A stretch of DNA of 61,729 bases from IMG/VR virus record IMGVR_UViG_3300043395_000560, positions 1 to 61,729 of that record; one strand, 5' to 3'. The notes beneath the pieces are model-generated. The model had not been told where the DNA came from. It saw only the letters and a list, made by a program, of their open reading frames with translations, and did no database searches. Of this stretch, positions 35,474 to 44,402 are shown piece after piece. Position 1 is the stretch's first letter; every line of letters begins with the position of its first letter. A program made the position numbers and the translations under genes. The DNA is from a virus. Its lineage: Duplodnaviria; Caudoviricetes.

Positions 35474-36376
35474 TTAGGCAGTATTAATTTCCTGCCAATT
35501 TACATTTTGATTATCAGAAACGTCGTTCCAAGATGTTGTTTGATTGTTGGCAATATTCTGCCAGTTGATAGTTTGGTTGTCATCAATCAACTCCCATAAC
35601 AAACGCCTTGTTATAACATCAGAAGCCGTGGCAGTTTCTACAATATTCGCAATAAAAGACGCCGCCGACGAACAACTTTCCGATGTCGTGACAGACTCTG
35701 AAATAGATACCGCAAAATCTACCAAACAATTTGACTGGTCTTGCACTGACGCCGATTCTAAAATTGCCGTCAAAAATTCTACTGTTGAATTGGCATTTTC
35801 TGATGCCGTCACTGTTTCTAAAATTGCTCCAGAAAGCGAAACAGTTGATCTTGACTCATCGGTTGATGTAGCTGTTTCCTCAATGCTCCCTATATAAAGA
35901 AGTCCCCCAACAACACTATCAGTAGCCGTTGCCGTTTCCGACGCGCTTGCAGCAAACTCTGCCGCCGCCGCTACCGCATCTGATGCCACCACAGACTCAG
36001 ATACTGTAGATCCGTATTCTTGAGCTGCAACAACTAAATCGCTAGCTGTTGTTGTTTCCAGTACTGCACATCCCAAATTAACTAGCGAATCAGATGTTTC
36101 AGATGCAGTAGCCGACTCAGATACGCCTGCATACAACAACACCGCCGACGAGCAAGATTCGCTTGCTGTCGATGCTTCCGATATAGCTGATGCCAATACT
36201 GCACCAGCACTTACAACTTCTGAAACTGTGGCGGTTTCAGATACCGATCTAGAAAAAGTAATGTCAGCCGACGTGGAATCCGTTGCAGTAGAAGAATCAG
36301 AAAGCGAGTTGTCATAAACTGAACAACCCCAGCCTGCTTGCCCCCAAGTGCCAGAACCCCAGCCGCCATCCGGCAT
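35474..36376 (-). CDS. Ser/Ala/Thr-rich structural protein
   Basis: GWGSGTWGQAGWG start and periodic SETATAS repeats. Confidence 0.6.
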   Translation of the reverse strand: MPDGGWGSGTWGQAGWGCSVYDNSLSDSSTATDSTSADITFSRSVSETATVSEVVSAGAVLASAISEASTASESCSSAVLLYAGVSESATASETSDSLVNLGCAVLETTTASDLVVAAQEYGSTVSESVVASDAVAAAAEFAASASETATATDSVVGGLLYIGSIEETATSTDESRSTVSLSGAILETVTASENANSTVEFLTAILESASVQDQSNCLVDFAVSISESVTTSESCSSAASFIANIVETATASDVITRRLLWELIDDNQTINWQNIANNQTTSWNDVSDNQNVNWQEINTA

Positions 36377-36378
36377 TA

Positions 36379-36552
36379 TTAGCCCCCAACCTCAATCTGA
36401 TCTTCTGCAAACCAACGTTGATGTGTTACATCGCCATCAGACCATTCCACTAAATACTCAATGTTTCCATCATCATCCATGCGCATTTTTACAACAGGAC
36501 CTTGTGGGACTGTCACTTTCGCACGAACTACATCGCCTTTTTTAAATGCCAT
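36379..36552 (-). CDS. Small hypothetical protein (57 aa)
   Basis: MAFKKGDVVRAK...RWFAEDQI; fills the gap between two genes. Confidence 0.6.
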   Translation of the reverse strand: MAFKKGDVVRAKVTVPQGPVVKMRMDDDGNIEYLVEWSDGDVTHQRWFAEDQIEVGG

Positions 36553-36565
36553 GATCTACCCCTTA

Positions 36566-37150
36566 TTAAGCAGCCATATTGAATGTGTAGGTCACATTCA
36601 GCACGTCACCACTTACCACCGATCGATCGCCTGGTGCTTGGAAGTCAGATGCACACAGCAGCGTACCTGACGTGCCAGATGCAACGTTTGCCAAAAATGC
36701 GCCTGCAACCGTCGTTGTGCCGTTCATCGTAAATTGCACAGGTGTGCCGTTAGTCGATACCGCTGGATTAGCTGTAGTAGCCGCGCCAAAAGTAATTGCT
36801 GGCCTGCTGCCTGAGTAATTCGTATCTTCTGTCCAGCCACCCGATCCAGTAGCGCCGTGAGATGCCAGTGTATTTGTAGCACTGATTGTGGTATTAGCCG
36901 CTGGACCAGTGATCAAGCCCACATACCACGCCGCTGTGTAGCCGGATCCGGTTAGCACTGTGTCATTGATAAACTTTAAGCCAACATTGACCACTAAGTT
37001 ATGGCAGCTGTCTTCCCACTTAAAATTGCCATTCATGTCATAGCATTCAAAGTGAAACACGCCGCCTGCATGTGCCATATCAGCAGTCGATCCCGTGCGC
37101 GTCACTGTGGTAGTCACAATGTCGTTTGCTTTTGCTAATTCTGTTTGCAT
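36566..37150 (-). CDS. Virion structural protein
   Basis: NLVVNVG, WYVGL, GDVLNVTY; position in the tail block. Confidence 0.65.
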   Translation of the reverse strand: MQTELAKANDIVTTTVTRTGSTADMAHAGGVFHFECYDMNGNFKWEDSCHNLVVNVGLKFINDTVLTGSGYTAAWYVGLITGPAANTTISATNTLASHGATGSGGWTEDTNYSGSRPAITFGAATTANPAVSTNGTPVQFTMNGTTTVAGAFLANVASGTSGTLLCASDFQAPGDRSVVSGDVLNVTYTFNMAA

Positions 37151-37159
37151 GATAACTCC

Positions 37160-37576
37160 TTACGTTATACGAATAACTGCCGATGACGCCGTATCTGGCG
37201 GGAATTGAATCGTAAATTTTGTTGTCGTTCGCTTGTCAGATCCAAAATCCAAAACGGCTATGGATTTATTGCCAACGCTTGAGTTATAAATTAGCGCGCC
37301 TCTAGCAGTGAACGATGCGGGATCCCACTCAACATCATCAAAATTTACGTATGCAATTAAACCTAATGTTGATACCGATACTCCGGTCAGCGTTTTCCCG
37401 CCAGCCGAATAGCCAGTGCCAGTAATTTCATTTGCAGTCGAATAAACCGTAGTGGTCTCATCCAACGTAGCAAGCGCGGTGTACAAAGCTATCTTCAAAG
37501 TATTTGTTTCCAGATTGTGCTGACCCAGCAAAATCTGCTCTTTAAAGCTGGTGGTTAATCCCTGACGGATTGCCAT
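37160..37576 (-). CDS. Virion structural protein
   Basis: SFK..L, KIALYT, GYSAGG..L, TARGALIYN, AVLDFGSDK. Confidence 0.7.
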   Translation of the reverse strand: MAIRQGLTTSFKEQILLGQHNLETNTLKIALYTALATLDETTTVYSTANEITGTGYSAGGKTLTGVSVSTLGLIAYVNFDDVEWDPASFTARGALIYNSSVGNKSIAVLDFGSDKRTTTKFTIQFPPDTASSAVIRIT

Positions 37577-38247
37577 TACGTCACCTTGACCCTAACCTGG
37601 CCAGAACGATAAGCATCCTGCCGCTCAAGACCATCGCCCAGACGTTTCAGCTGACCCATCGCTTCGTTGTACTTGGCTTCAACGTTTTGAATGATATCTG
37701 TCTCACCCTTCATAAACAGATACGCTTCACGTAGAGAACCGTAAAGAAGGATTGGATCAAAGTTATCCCCAAGCCACGTCGTGCCGCTGGCAGCATCAAC
37801 GATCGACTCAGGATAATAGTAATAGTGCATTTCTATTTCGTACGCATCATCAGGTGTTGGACCCAAGATAAACGTCAACTCATTAGTAATGACGCTGTTT
37901 ACAACCGTTGGCCCAAAAATGCCGTAGTACAAAGGCAGTCCAGTGTCTGTTGGCATTGGGTAAGCCTCGCGGATAAAGTTCACATCCTTGTCCAACAAGT
38001 AGTGATACTGGTCATCGCCATCAATGACAGCCATAGAATAGACTGCCAAGAAGTCACTAGGCGCCGACAGATACTTATTATCTGCCGTCAACAACCCCGT
38101 CACGTTCCGTCGAAGCGCAGGAATCTGAACAGAGTTATATACCCGCGTTTCCGTCTGACGGATAAACGTGTCGATGTACGACTCAAAGTCTGAATCGTAG
38201 TTCTCTGTGTACGCCTTGATGGCGTTAACAAGTTCTGTGTATGTCAC
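37576..38247 (-). CDS. Head-tail adaptor / tail tubular protein A-like
   Basis: MTYTELVNAIKAY, PTPD..Y, LLYGSL.EAY motifs. Confidence 0.7.
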   Translation of the reverse strand: MTYTELVNAIKAYTENYDSDFESYIDTFIRQTETRVYNSVQIPALRRNVTGLLTADNKYLSAPSDFLAVYSMAVIDGDDQYHYLLDKDVNFIREAYPMPTDTGLPLYYGIFGPTVVNSVITNELTFILGPTPDDAYEIEMHYYYYPESIVDAASGTTWLGDNFDPILLYGSLREAYLFMKGETDIIQNVEAKYNEAMGQLKRLGDGLERQDAYRSGQVRVKVT

Positions 38248-38250
38248 AGA

Positions 38251-38517
38251 TTACCCCATCTTGCCACTGATCTTGCGACCTTTGGTAGCAGCGCCATAAC
38301 CGCGCATCTCACCAACACCATAAGGATTGATTGGCTTGTAGTTGCCCTTGCTAATGCCACCAATCGACGGGTTAATCTGGTCTAGCACCTTGGCGCCAGG
38401 CGTATATCCGCTGTAGGCATTAACGTTCGTCGCGCTGCCTTCCATCGTATGCGGCTGAGCGTACGTGGATGCAGGACCAACCTCTTTGCCTTTTACCTTT
38501 TGGGAAAACTTAGCCAT
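38251..38517 (-). CDS. Small basic late protein
   Basis: Ends MRGYGAATKGRKISGKMG. Confidence 0.65.
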   Translation of the reverse strand: MAKFSQKVKGKEVGPASTYAQPHTMEGSATNVNAYSGYTPGAKVLDQINPSIGGISKGNYKPINPYGVGEMRGYGAATKGRKISGKMG

Positions 38518-38681
38518 TATCGACCCCTTCCAGATCCACGCTGATTCATCGCGCGCGCTACATTCCGTCCGTATTTTTTCATGGCTTCACCAGTTACGCC
38601 ACCTTTTGCCATGTTGTGCATACGCTTCTCGTGGGTTTTGACCGCCTTGGAAGCAATAGACTTCATCTTGCTCGTATCCAT
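38517..38681 (-). CDS. Small basic late protein (54 aa)
   Basis: MDTSKMK...HEKRMHNMAKGGV...; AGGAG RBS; TAATG coupling. Confidence 0.6.
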   Translation of the reverse strand: MDTSKMKSIASKAVKTHEKRMHNMAKGGVTGEAMKKYGRNVARAMNQRGSGRGR

Positions 38682-38690
38682 TTTGAACTC

Positions 38691-39119
38691 CTACGTTGTT
38701 AATACCGTTACGTTGTTTACCACTCCAGGCACTGCCAAATAGTTTGGCGTTAATCCCGCATCGTTTGCCCTTGCGCCGCCAACAGGATTCCAGCCCCACT
38801 GAATAATCCTGCTGCCGCCCTCTGGATACCCCGTCTCATCTTCCGCAGGTCCAGTATTAAACTTTGTCTGCAACCCGCTGTAACCAGACTGGATATAACT
38901 CACATCCGGCCTCGGTTCCCGCACAGCTTGCGCATCTGTGACTGGATACATCCCAAGGCTAAGTTGAGGTTGATCTGGTTCCCAGCACGTTTGACATACT
39001 TTAATTTTGACATTCTTTGTCTTAATAGTGAGCGTTTTAAGCTCTTTCAACATATAACGAAAACCACATCTATCACATTCTGCAATAGATTTTTTACCTG
39101 ATGCGTATTTACTCGGCAT
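38691..39119 (-). CDS. Zinc-binding conserved phage protein
   Basis: CDRCGFRY...VCQTCWEPDQPQL. Confidence 0.7.
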   Translation of the reverse strand: MPSKYASGKKSIAECDRCGFRYMLKELKTLTIKTKNVKIKVCQTCWEPDQPQLSLGMYPVTDAQAVREPRPDVSYIQSGYSGLQTKFNTGPAEDETGYPEGGSRIIQWGWNPVGGARANDAGLTPNYLAVPGVVNNVTVLTT

Positions 39120-39612
39120 AGTGGTTGTTCTTCAATCTGTTCCTGTCCGCTGGCAGCACTTGCAAATTCTCTGGCACATGCAACCCAGAGACATTTTTGC
39201 CCTGCAACGGCACAATATGATCTACGTGGTAATCCAGTCCTATTCGCTTCAACGAGTCTCTGTACAAATACACACAACCAATCTCAAACCAATGTCCTTT
39301 GTTCAGCCATCTTGGTGTTGCCTGTAACTTTGCTGCTCGATACTTGGCTTTGTTGGCAAGCACACGAGCCGCATGTTTTTGTCGAGTTTTCCTTGAAGAT
39401 TCTGCTGCACTCTGTGGATTTTTAGCCCTCCACCGTTGAGTTTTTGCAACTAATTTTTCAGGATATTTTTCTGCGTATCTTCTGTCTTGCTCCAATTTTT
39501 TGTCAGGATTTGCTGCCCGCCACTCTTTGACCCTTTGGTACGCCTTTTCCTTGTTACGCTGGGCGTAAGCCTTTTGATATGCCTTCCTAGCCTCTGGATC
39601 CTTCAGTGGCAT
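39109..39612 (-). CDS. HNH endonuclease (putative homing)
   Basis: ATPRW...HVDHIVPLQG..VSGLHVPENLQVL...N..KNN. Confidence 0.88.
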   Translation of the reverse strand: MPLKDPEARKAYQKAYAQRNKEKAYQRVKEWRAANPDKKLEQDRRYAEKYPEKLVAKTQRWRAKNPQSAAESSRKTRQKHAARVLANKAKYRAAKLQATPRWLNKGHWFEIGCVYLYRDSLKRIGLDYHVDHIVPLQGKNVSGLHVPENLQVLPADRNRLKNNHYAE

Positions 39613-39615
39613 ACA

Positions 39616-40347
39616 TCACCTATAAGTAATCATCCGTGGCACTAAACGATCCGGCGCCTTCTCACGATCTTCTCCAGCAGCCAACTCCCATGCCTCGTCA
39701 TACTGCGCCTTCAGCATCTGCAACCGCTCAAACGCGTTCGGCAGCTTCATGGCCAGCATATACGCCAAGCCCGCTACCAAGCAGTTCTGGAAACGAAATG
39801 GAATATCTTCCACGTTCGCACCGTTGCCGGCATCAAACATCCTGCGCAAACGCCAGTACACAAAGTAGTAGTACGGCGAAGCTTCAGTTCCTTGATCCGG
39901 TGCAGGCCACACGTTAATCTGCGGTGGCACAACTTCACCGTTCGTCGTTTGCCCTGATTGCCGGTTAACCCAGACTTGAATCGGGCGCCCTTGCGTCAGT
40001 TTGTTTGGGATAGTGGAGTAAGTGGATACCGAGATCCGGTTAATGTTGATATCAGTCTGGTTGGCAGTAGAGCCAGGGTAAGTACGAATAACATGCTCAA
40101 GCAGATCAACAGTATCGACAGGTAGATCATAGGTAATTGTCCCTTGTACTAACGTGATTTGCCCTTGCTCAATCGTCCATAGATTGATGCCTCGATTTGC
40201 CCACTCTGTCAGCAAGAAGTTCAAGCTGCGACGGGCAGTACGAAAATCATAGCCACTACGCAGCTCAAGCCCGCAGCGCTCAAACGCCTCTTCAATAAGG
40301 TCGTTAAGCGTCGGGTTGAAGTTGGTAGTGGTTGTAGTTTCAGCCAT
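39616..40347 (-). CDS. Head-tail adaptor-like protein
   Basis: IEEAFERCG, ARRSLN...WANRG, GRP...WPAPD motifs. Confidence 0.7.
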   Translation of the reverse strand: MAETTTTTNFNPTLNDLIEEAFERCGLELRSGYDFRTARRSLNFLLTEWANRGINLWTIEQGQITLVQGTITYDLPVDTVDLLEHVIRTYPGSTANQTDININRISVSTYSTIPNKLTQGRPIQVWVNRQSGQTTNGEVVPPQINVWPAPDQGTEASPYYYFVYWRLRRMFDAGNGANVEDIPFRFQNCLVAGLAYMLAMKLPNAFERLQMLKAQYDEAWELAAGEDREKAPDRLVPRMITYR

Positions 40348-40349
40348 TT

Positions 40350-40952
40350 TTACACCATTTTTCCACGGGTCTTGCCGCGTTTGGCGCAGCCATCAGCACG
40401 AATAGATGCTGATTTAATTGCTCCACCTTTTTTCATTTTTTCTACGTCTTTAAACCTAACGGCTTTGTCCTCTGGCAATTTACTTTTAGGCACTCGAACA
40501 GTAACAGCATCCTCTCCGCCTTTCCACTCTCGACCAAACTTACCCGTCTTATCCCCGCCGCTCCACCATTTTTCTTCTCCGGTTCCGTACTTTGGATTGG
40601 GGTTTCTGCCAAAATATCCAGATTTTTCTGCGGCTTCGTATTCCGCTTTTGACATGTTCCTATACGCATGAGTTATGTCTTTTTCGCTACTTGGCATACG
40701 CACTGGTGAATTTTTTAGCCGTAACCCTTCTGCCACAACTACTTTATTTTTTACATAAGGACGAGTTGCCATTTCTGCTGCACTCAAAGCCCTTTTACCC
40801 AACCCCAAACCAATTAAATCCTCTGGGCCTATTGGCGATGCTTCTAATGCTTGTTCGCGTTCTAATTGACGGCGATACGCGGGATCCCGCATATCTTTAC
40901 TAGGCTTGTCCATTACCGACCCGCCTTCGTCAAATTTCTTGCGCTTCTTCAC
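40350..40952 (-). CDS. Small late protein with shared C-terminal tag; ART-like central domain
   Basis: FDEGG...HAYRNMS..EY...WWS...MKKGG..SASIRADGCAKRGKTRGKMV. Confidence 0.6.
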   Translation of the reverse strand: MKKRKKFDEGGSVMDKPSKDMRDPAYRRQLEREQALEASPIGPEDLIGLGLGKRALSAAEMATRPYVKNKVVVAEGLRLKNSPVRMPSSEKDITHAYRNMSKAEYEAAEKSGYFGRNPNPKYGTGEEKWWSGGDKTGKFGREWKGGEDAVTVRVPKSKLPEDKAVRFKDVEKMKKGGAIKSASIRADGCAKRGKTRGKMV

Positions 40953-41185
40953 TATCTAAACCTCGCGGTCTTCTGGGCTATACGTTTTGGTTGCGCGACG
41001 AACTGCTTGCCAGCTTTCTTGCCTGCCCGTTTCGCCTTCGTCGTTGCTGCGTACTCCGCCGGTGTCAGTGACTTTATCGCTGCCTCCGGTAAATATCTTT
41101 CGCCCGTCTTTGAGGACGGCTTGCCACTCTTTGTGCGCCATTTTTGCTCGCCCCAATCCTTCAGGCTTTTTTGTGGCGCCTTCAC
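40952..41185 (-). CDS. Small basic conserved phage protein
   Basis: QKSLKDW..QKWRTKSGKPS..TGERYLP. Confidence 0.7.
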   Translation of the reverse strand: MKAPQKSLKDWGEQKWRTKSGKPSSKTGERYLPEAAIKSLTPAEYAATTKAKRAGKKAGKQFVAQPKRIAQKTARFR

Positions 41186-41457
41186 TTCTTGCCTAGTTTC
41201 TTCAACGTCTGGGCAAGTCGTGCGCGCTGACCAAGCTTACCTGGCTTTTTAGCAGCCGCCGCCAACTTCTTAGGGGAAATCGGTTTACCCTCTTTCGCAC
41301 CCAGCTGAGCGCGTAACGCACCAGGTTTCTTGATGGCGCTCTGAATAAACTTCTTAGTAGATCCACCCTTCTTCATGCCTTCAACGCCGCGACCCTTCAG
41401 GACGTCTGCTTGCGTTACCTTGCCGTCGCCGGTCAAATCTGGAAACTTGCTAGCCAT
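41182..41457 (-). CDS. Small basic late protein
   Basis: MASKFPDLTGDGKVTQADVL...MKKGG...IKKPGALR...RARLAQTL. Confidence 0.7.
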   Translation of the reverse strand: MASKFPDLTGDGKVTQADVLKGRGVEGMKKGGSTKKFIQSAIKKPGALRAQLGAKEGKPISPKKLAAAAKKPGKLGQRARLAQTLKKLGKK

Positions 41458-41458
41458 C

Positions 41459-41971
41459 TCACACCATCCTTCCACGAGTTTTACCCCGCTGCGCAATGCC
41501 GTCCCCACGTTGTGACGCACCAACAACTTTGCCGCCACGCTTGTATTCTTCACGCTTCATCAGAGCTTTTGGGTCCATTTCAGCACCAAGTTGCATTTCA
41601 CGACGATCAGAAGCCGCCCCACCACTACCACCGCCAGACTTGGGCTGTGGTTTCTTTATCTCCCCCATCCTTTTAAGAAACTCTGGGTCTTCTGACGGGC
41701 TTAAAGGCTTAAATTTTTCTTCCGATGTTGATGCTAAACCAAGTCTTTCAGCAAGTGCATGACCACCTTTAACGTTGGTTGCTTGATTGTTTCTGCCGCG
41801 CCATGCACCCTCTTTGTAATTAATTGGATCAACCGCATATCGACCAGATCCATACTCCATGTCTTTTTTATCTGCGGCAGACCTAGCGCGGTTTTTGTCT
41901 GTGTAGTCGTTGCCTACATACACTTTCTCAATCCGATCCCACAACTTGTATCTAGTGGTTTCATCAGCCAC
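41459..41971 (-). CDS. Small late protein with shared C-terminal tag
   Basis: Ends YKRGGKVVGASQRGDGIAQRGKTRGRMV; GGAGG before GTG 41971. Confidence 0.7.
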   Translation of the reverse strand: MADETTRYKLWDRIEKVYVGNDYTDKNRARSAADKKDMEYGSGRYAVDPINYKEGAWRGRNNQATNVKGGHALAERLGLASTSEEKFKPLSPSEDPEFLKRMGEIKKPQPKSGGGSGGAASDRREMQLGAEMDPKALMKREEYKRGGKVVGASQRGDGIAQRGKTRGRMV

Positions 41972-42233
41972 GATAACCTCCACCTGCCGCTTTGTACTTC
42001 TTAGCCACTAGCTGTGCCTTGCGGGCTGACCATTTTCCTGCGCCAGTGCCATGAGTAGCCGCTGCTTTTACCTGAGACACAATCCGCTTACGCAGTTCGG
42101 GCTTAGTGTAATTGCCAGCGGCGTTCACCTTCCCGCCCTCTTTATAGACCGTCACGGGTTCGTTGCCGTCCCGTTTCTTGATCTTCCTGATAACCGCTGG
42201 GCGCACAGCACCCATTCCGCGTGAAGGCATCAT
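41964..42233 (-). CDS. Small basic late protein
   Basis: YKEGGKV...NYTKPELRKR...WSARKAQL. Confidence 0.7.
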   Translation of the reverse strand: MMPSRGMGAVRPAVIRKIKKRDGNEPVTVYKEGGKVNAAGNYTKPELRKRIVSQVKAAATHGTGAGKWSARKAQLVAKKYKAAGGGYRG

Positions 42234-42245
42234 GTCGTACCCCTA

Positions 42246-42656
42246 TTAGCAGTAGCCGCCTTTTTTCATGCCCTTGCCAGCGCCTTTCATCACAATCTGC
42301 TTGGCTTTAGTTTTGCCCTTAGAAGCAACACCATCAGCCGACTTGTGACCAGCAGCCAACCCACCGCCTGCCATTTTCTTAACCTTGCCGCCATGCTTCA
42401 TTGCACCCATCTCAGCCTCTTCGTGCTTCAACATAGCTTTAGGAGCGCCCTTCTTTTTCATGAACGACACTTCCTTCTTTACCATAGCCTTTGACTCTTT
42501 CATTTCGCCACCTTTTGCTTTCTTGGATATACCAGCTTCGGAAAGGCCAATTGCAATGGCCTGCTTAGGATTGGTCACCTTCTGACCAGATGAGGATTTC
42601 AACTCACCTTGCTTAAACTCTCGCATCACGCGAGAAACCTTTGCCTGCGGTTTCAT
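42246..42656 (-). CDS. Small basic late protein with tag variant
   Basis: Several MKxGG motifs; ADGVASKGKTK. Confidence 0.7.
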   Translation of the reverse strand: MKPQAKVSRVMREFKQGELKSSSGQKVTNPKQAIAIGLSEAGISKKAKGGEMKESKAMVKKEVSFMKKKGAPKAMLKHEEAEMGAMKHGGKVKKMAGGGLAAGHKSADGVASKGKTKAKQIVMKGAGKGMKKGGYC

Positions 42657-43066
42657 ACCATTCTCCCGCGCGTCTTGCCTTTGGTTGCGCAACCATCAGC
42701 CCGCTTAGAAGCAGATGAAACCTTGCCGCCATTCTTCATTCTCACCTGCGCCGTGTCAGTTGCTTGCGGCTGGATATTAAACGTCTGGGCTACACCTGGT
42801 TGGGTAGTAGAAGGCTGCGGGGTATTGCCGTAGAACGGATAAGTAGGCTGCTGAGTGGAAACATTCCCACCGTCTGCATAGCGCTTAACCTTGCCGCCCT
42901 TCTTAAAGTTCTTTGCCTTGTCTTTGTCATACTGCTCGCGCGCCTTGCGTTGGCGCTCGTCAGCTTTCATCTCGTCATACATCAAACGCAGATTGCGCTC
43001 CGCCGATCCCGGATCCGTACCCTCTGTAGTGCCAGAGCCAGGTTTTGGCTTTGGTTGCGTAGCCAT
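42653..43066 (-). CDS. Small late protein with shared C-terminal tag
   Basis: Ends MKNGGKVSSASKRADGCATKGKTRGRMV. Confidence 0.7.
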   Translation of the reverse strand: MATQPKPKPGSGTTEGTDPGSAERNLRLMYDEMKADERQRKAREQYDKDKAKNFKKGGKVKRYADGGNVSTQQPTYPFYGNTPQPSTTQPGVAQTFNIQPQATDTAQVRMKNGGKVSSASKRADGCATKGKTRGRMV

Positions 43067-43635
43067 TAGCAGATCCTCCCGCGTGTCTTGCCTTTAGTGG
43101 CAATACCGTCTGCACGTTTAGATGCCGACGAAACTTTGCCGCCCGCTTTAAATCCAGAGTAGTAAGCCTTTCTGGCTTTCTCTAACTTCTCAGGCGTATT
43201 GAATGTAAGCTTTGGACCAAAACCACGCTTTTCAGTAGTCGCAGTTTTTGTGTCCTTGGTGATGTCTTCAATGCTCCGCGTTGGGAACATTTGCGACGCT
43301 TTAGGTGCTTGCTTCTTCTCTGCCTCGGCCTTGCGACGCTCACGCGCACGGCGCTCAGCAGCACGGCGGCGCATCATCTCAGCGCGAACTTCTTCTGCCT
43401 CATCCTCTGCCGATGATTCAGCCACTGGAGACGTGTAGCTGCCAGTGCGAGCGGCAGGCTTGTTGGTCATGTACTTTTCCATGGTGCGGGGACCTTCGCC
43501 ACGAATGGCCTCGCCCTGCTGCCGCAGCAAATCTCTTGACCGACGCTCCGACTCAGTCTCTTCGGTAATCTCCGGCATCTCAACAGCTTCAGTTGTGCCG
43601 CCTTCGTCGTAACGCTTTACCTTGCGCTTTTTCAT
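43066..43635 (-). CDS. Small late protein with shared C-terminal tag
   Basis: Starts MKKRKVKRYDEGG; ends FKAGGKVSSASKRADGIATKGKTRGRIC. Confidence 0.7.
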   Translation of the reverse strand: MKKRKVKRYDEGGTTEAVEMPEITEETESERRSRDLLRQQGEAIRGEGPRTMEKYMTNKPAARTGSYTSPVAESSAEDEAEEVRAEMMRRRAAERRARERRKAEAEKKQAPKASQMFPTRSIEDITKDTKTATTEKRGFGPKLTFNTPEKLEKARKAYYSGFKAGGKVSSASKRADGIATKGKTRGRIC

Positions 43636-43895
43636 AACACTCTCCGTTGAGACTCAATCAGCTGGTCAATCTTGTTTTCCAACCGATTAAATCGCTGATC
43701 TATGTGATCGGTGATGCGGTCAACTTCCGCCTTTGTCACGTTATCCCGTGCAATCTCCTCACGCGTCTTGTTCAACAAGATCGTGATACGCGCAAGCTCA
43801 GAGAACTTTTCATGAGCAATGTACGCAAACAAGCCCACAAACAGCGATAACGCGCCGTTCCATACAAATGCGAGGTCCACGGTCAACACTTCCAC
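43632..43895 (-). CDS. Small membrane/coiled-coil protein
   Basis: TM segment then LLNKTREEIARD...RLENKID. Confidence 0.65.
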   Translation of the reverse strand: MEVLTVDLAFVWNGALSLFVGLFAYIAHEKFSELARITILLNKTREEIARDNVTKAEVDRITDHIDQRFNRLENKIDQLIESQRRVL

Positions 43896-44128
43896 TTTCG
43901 TAAAGATTTATTAATACGACTATTCGGATCGTTCGCTGTCTTGGCGCTTGTCAGCTTTTTCTTCATGCCTGACATCCTGGCGCAAAAGGATTTTTTGCGC
44001 GCGCCGCCTTCCGGCTGGGGAGGTTTCAAGTTCATGCCTTGCGCTTTCGCGGAGGCTCTCCCTTTGGCGTTCAAGCCGCCTTCGGGATTCTTTCCCTCTT
44101 TCCTCTGCCATGCCGGAGACTTAGCCAT
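43883..44128 (-). CDS. Small basic conserved phage protein
   Basis: SPAWQRKEGKNPEGGLNAKGR...SFCARM...SRINKSLRKWKC. Confidence 0.7.
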   Translation of the reverse strand: MAKSPAWQRKEGKNPEGGLNAKGRASAKAQGMNLKPPQPEGGARKKSFCARMSGMKKKLTSAKTANDPNSRINKSLRKWKC

Positions 44129-44390
44129 AGAACACCGTGCAGTTTGCGTTGCTTAGCGTCGCGTACACGTTTGTCTGACACAGCACACCTTCGCCCGGAA
44201 TGATGACGTTAAACGTCTCACCAGATGCGATGGTGTAAATAGTAAAGACTGTCGTGCTGCCGTCCGCAATTGCTACGCTGCCAGCGCTGCCGCTGGGCGT
44301 GATAGCCATACCCTTCACACGAGCGCGGCCTTCAAATACCACGCCCGAAGAAGTCAGCGTAGTCGGCTTAACGTCTGTTTGCATAGCCAT
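44121..44390 (-). CDS. Small virion protein
   Basis: Beta-rich; IPGEGV...TVFYG end. Confidence 0.6.
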   Translation of the reverse strand: MAMQTDVKPTTLTSSGVVFEGRARVKGMAITPSGSAGSVAIADGSTTVFTIYTIASGETFNVIIPGEGVLCQTNVYATLSNANCTVFYG

Positions 44391-44402
44391 GACGGCCTCC
44401 TA

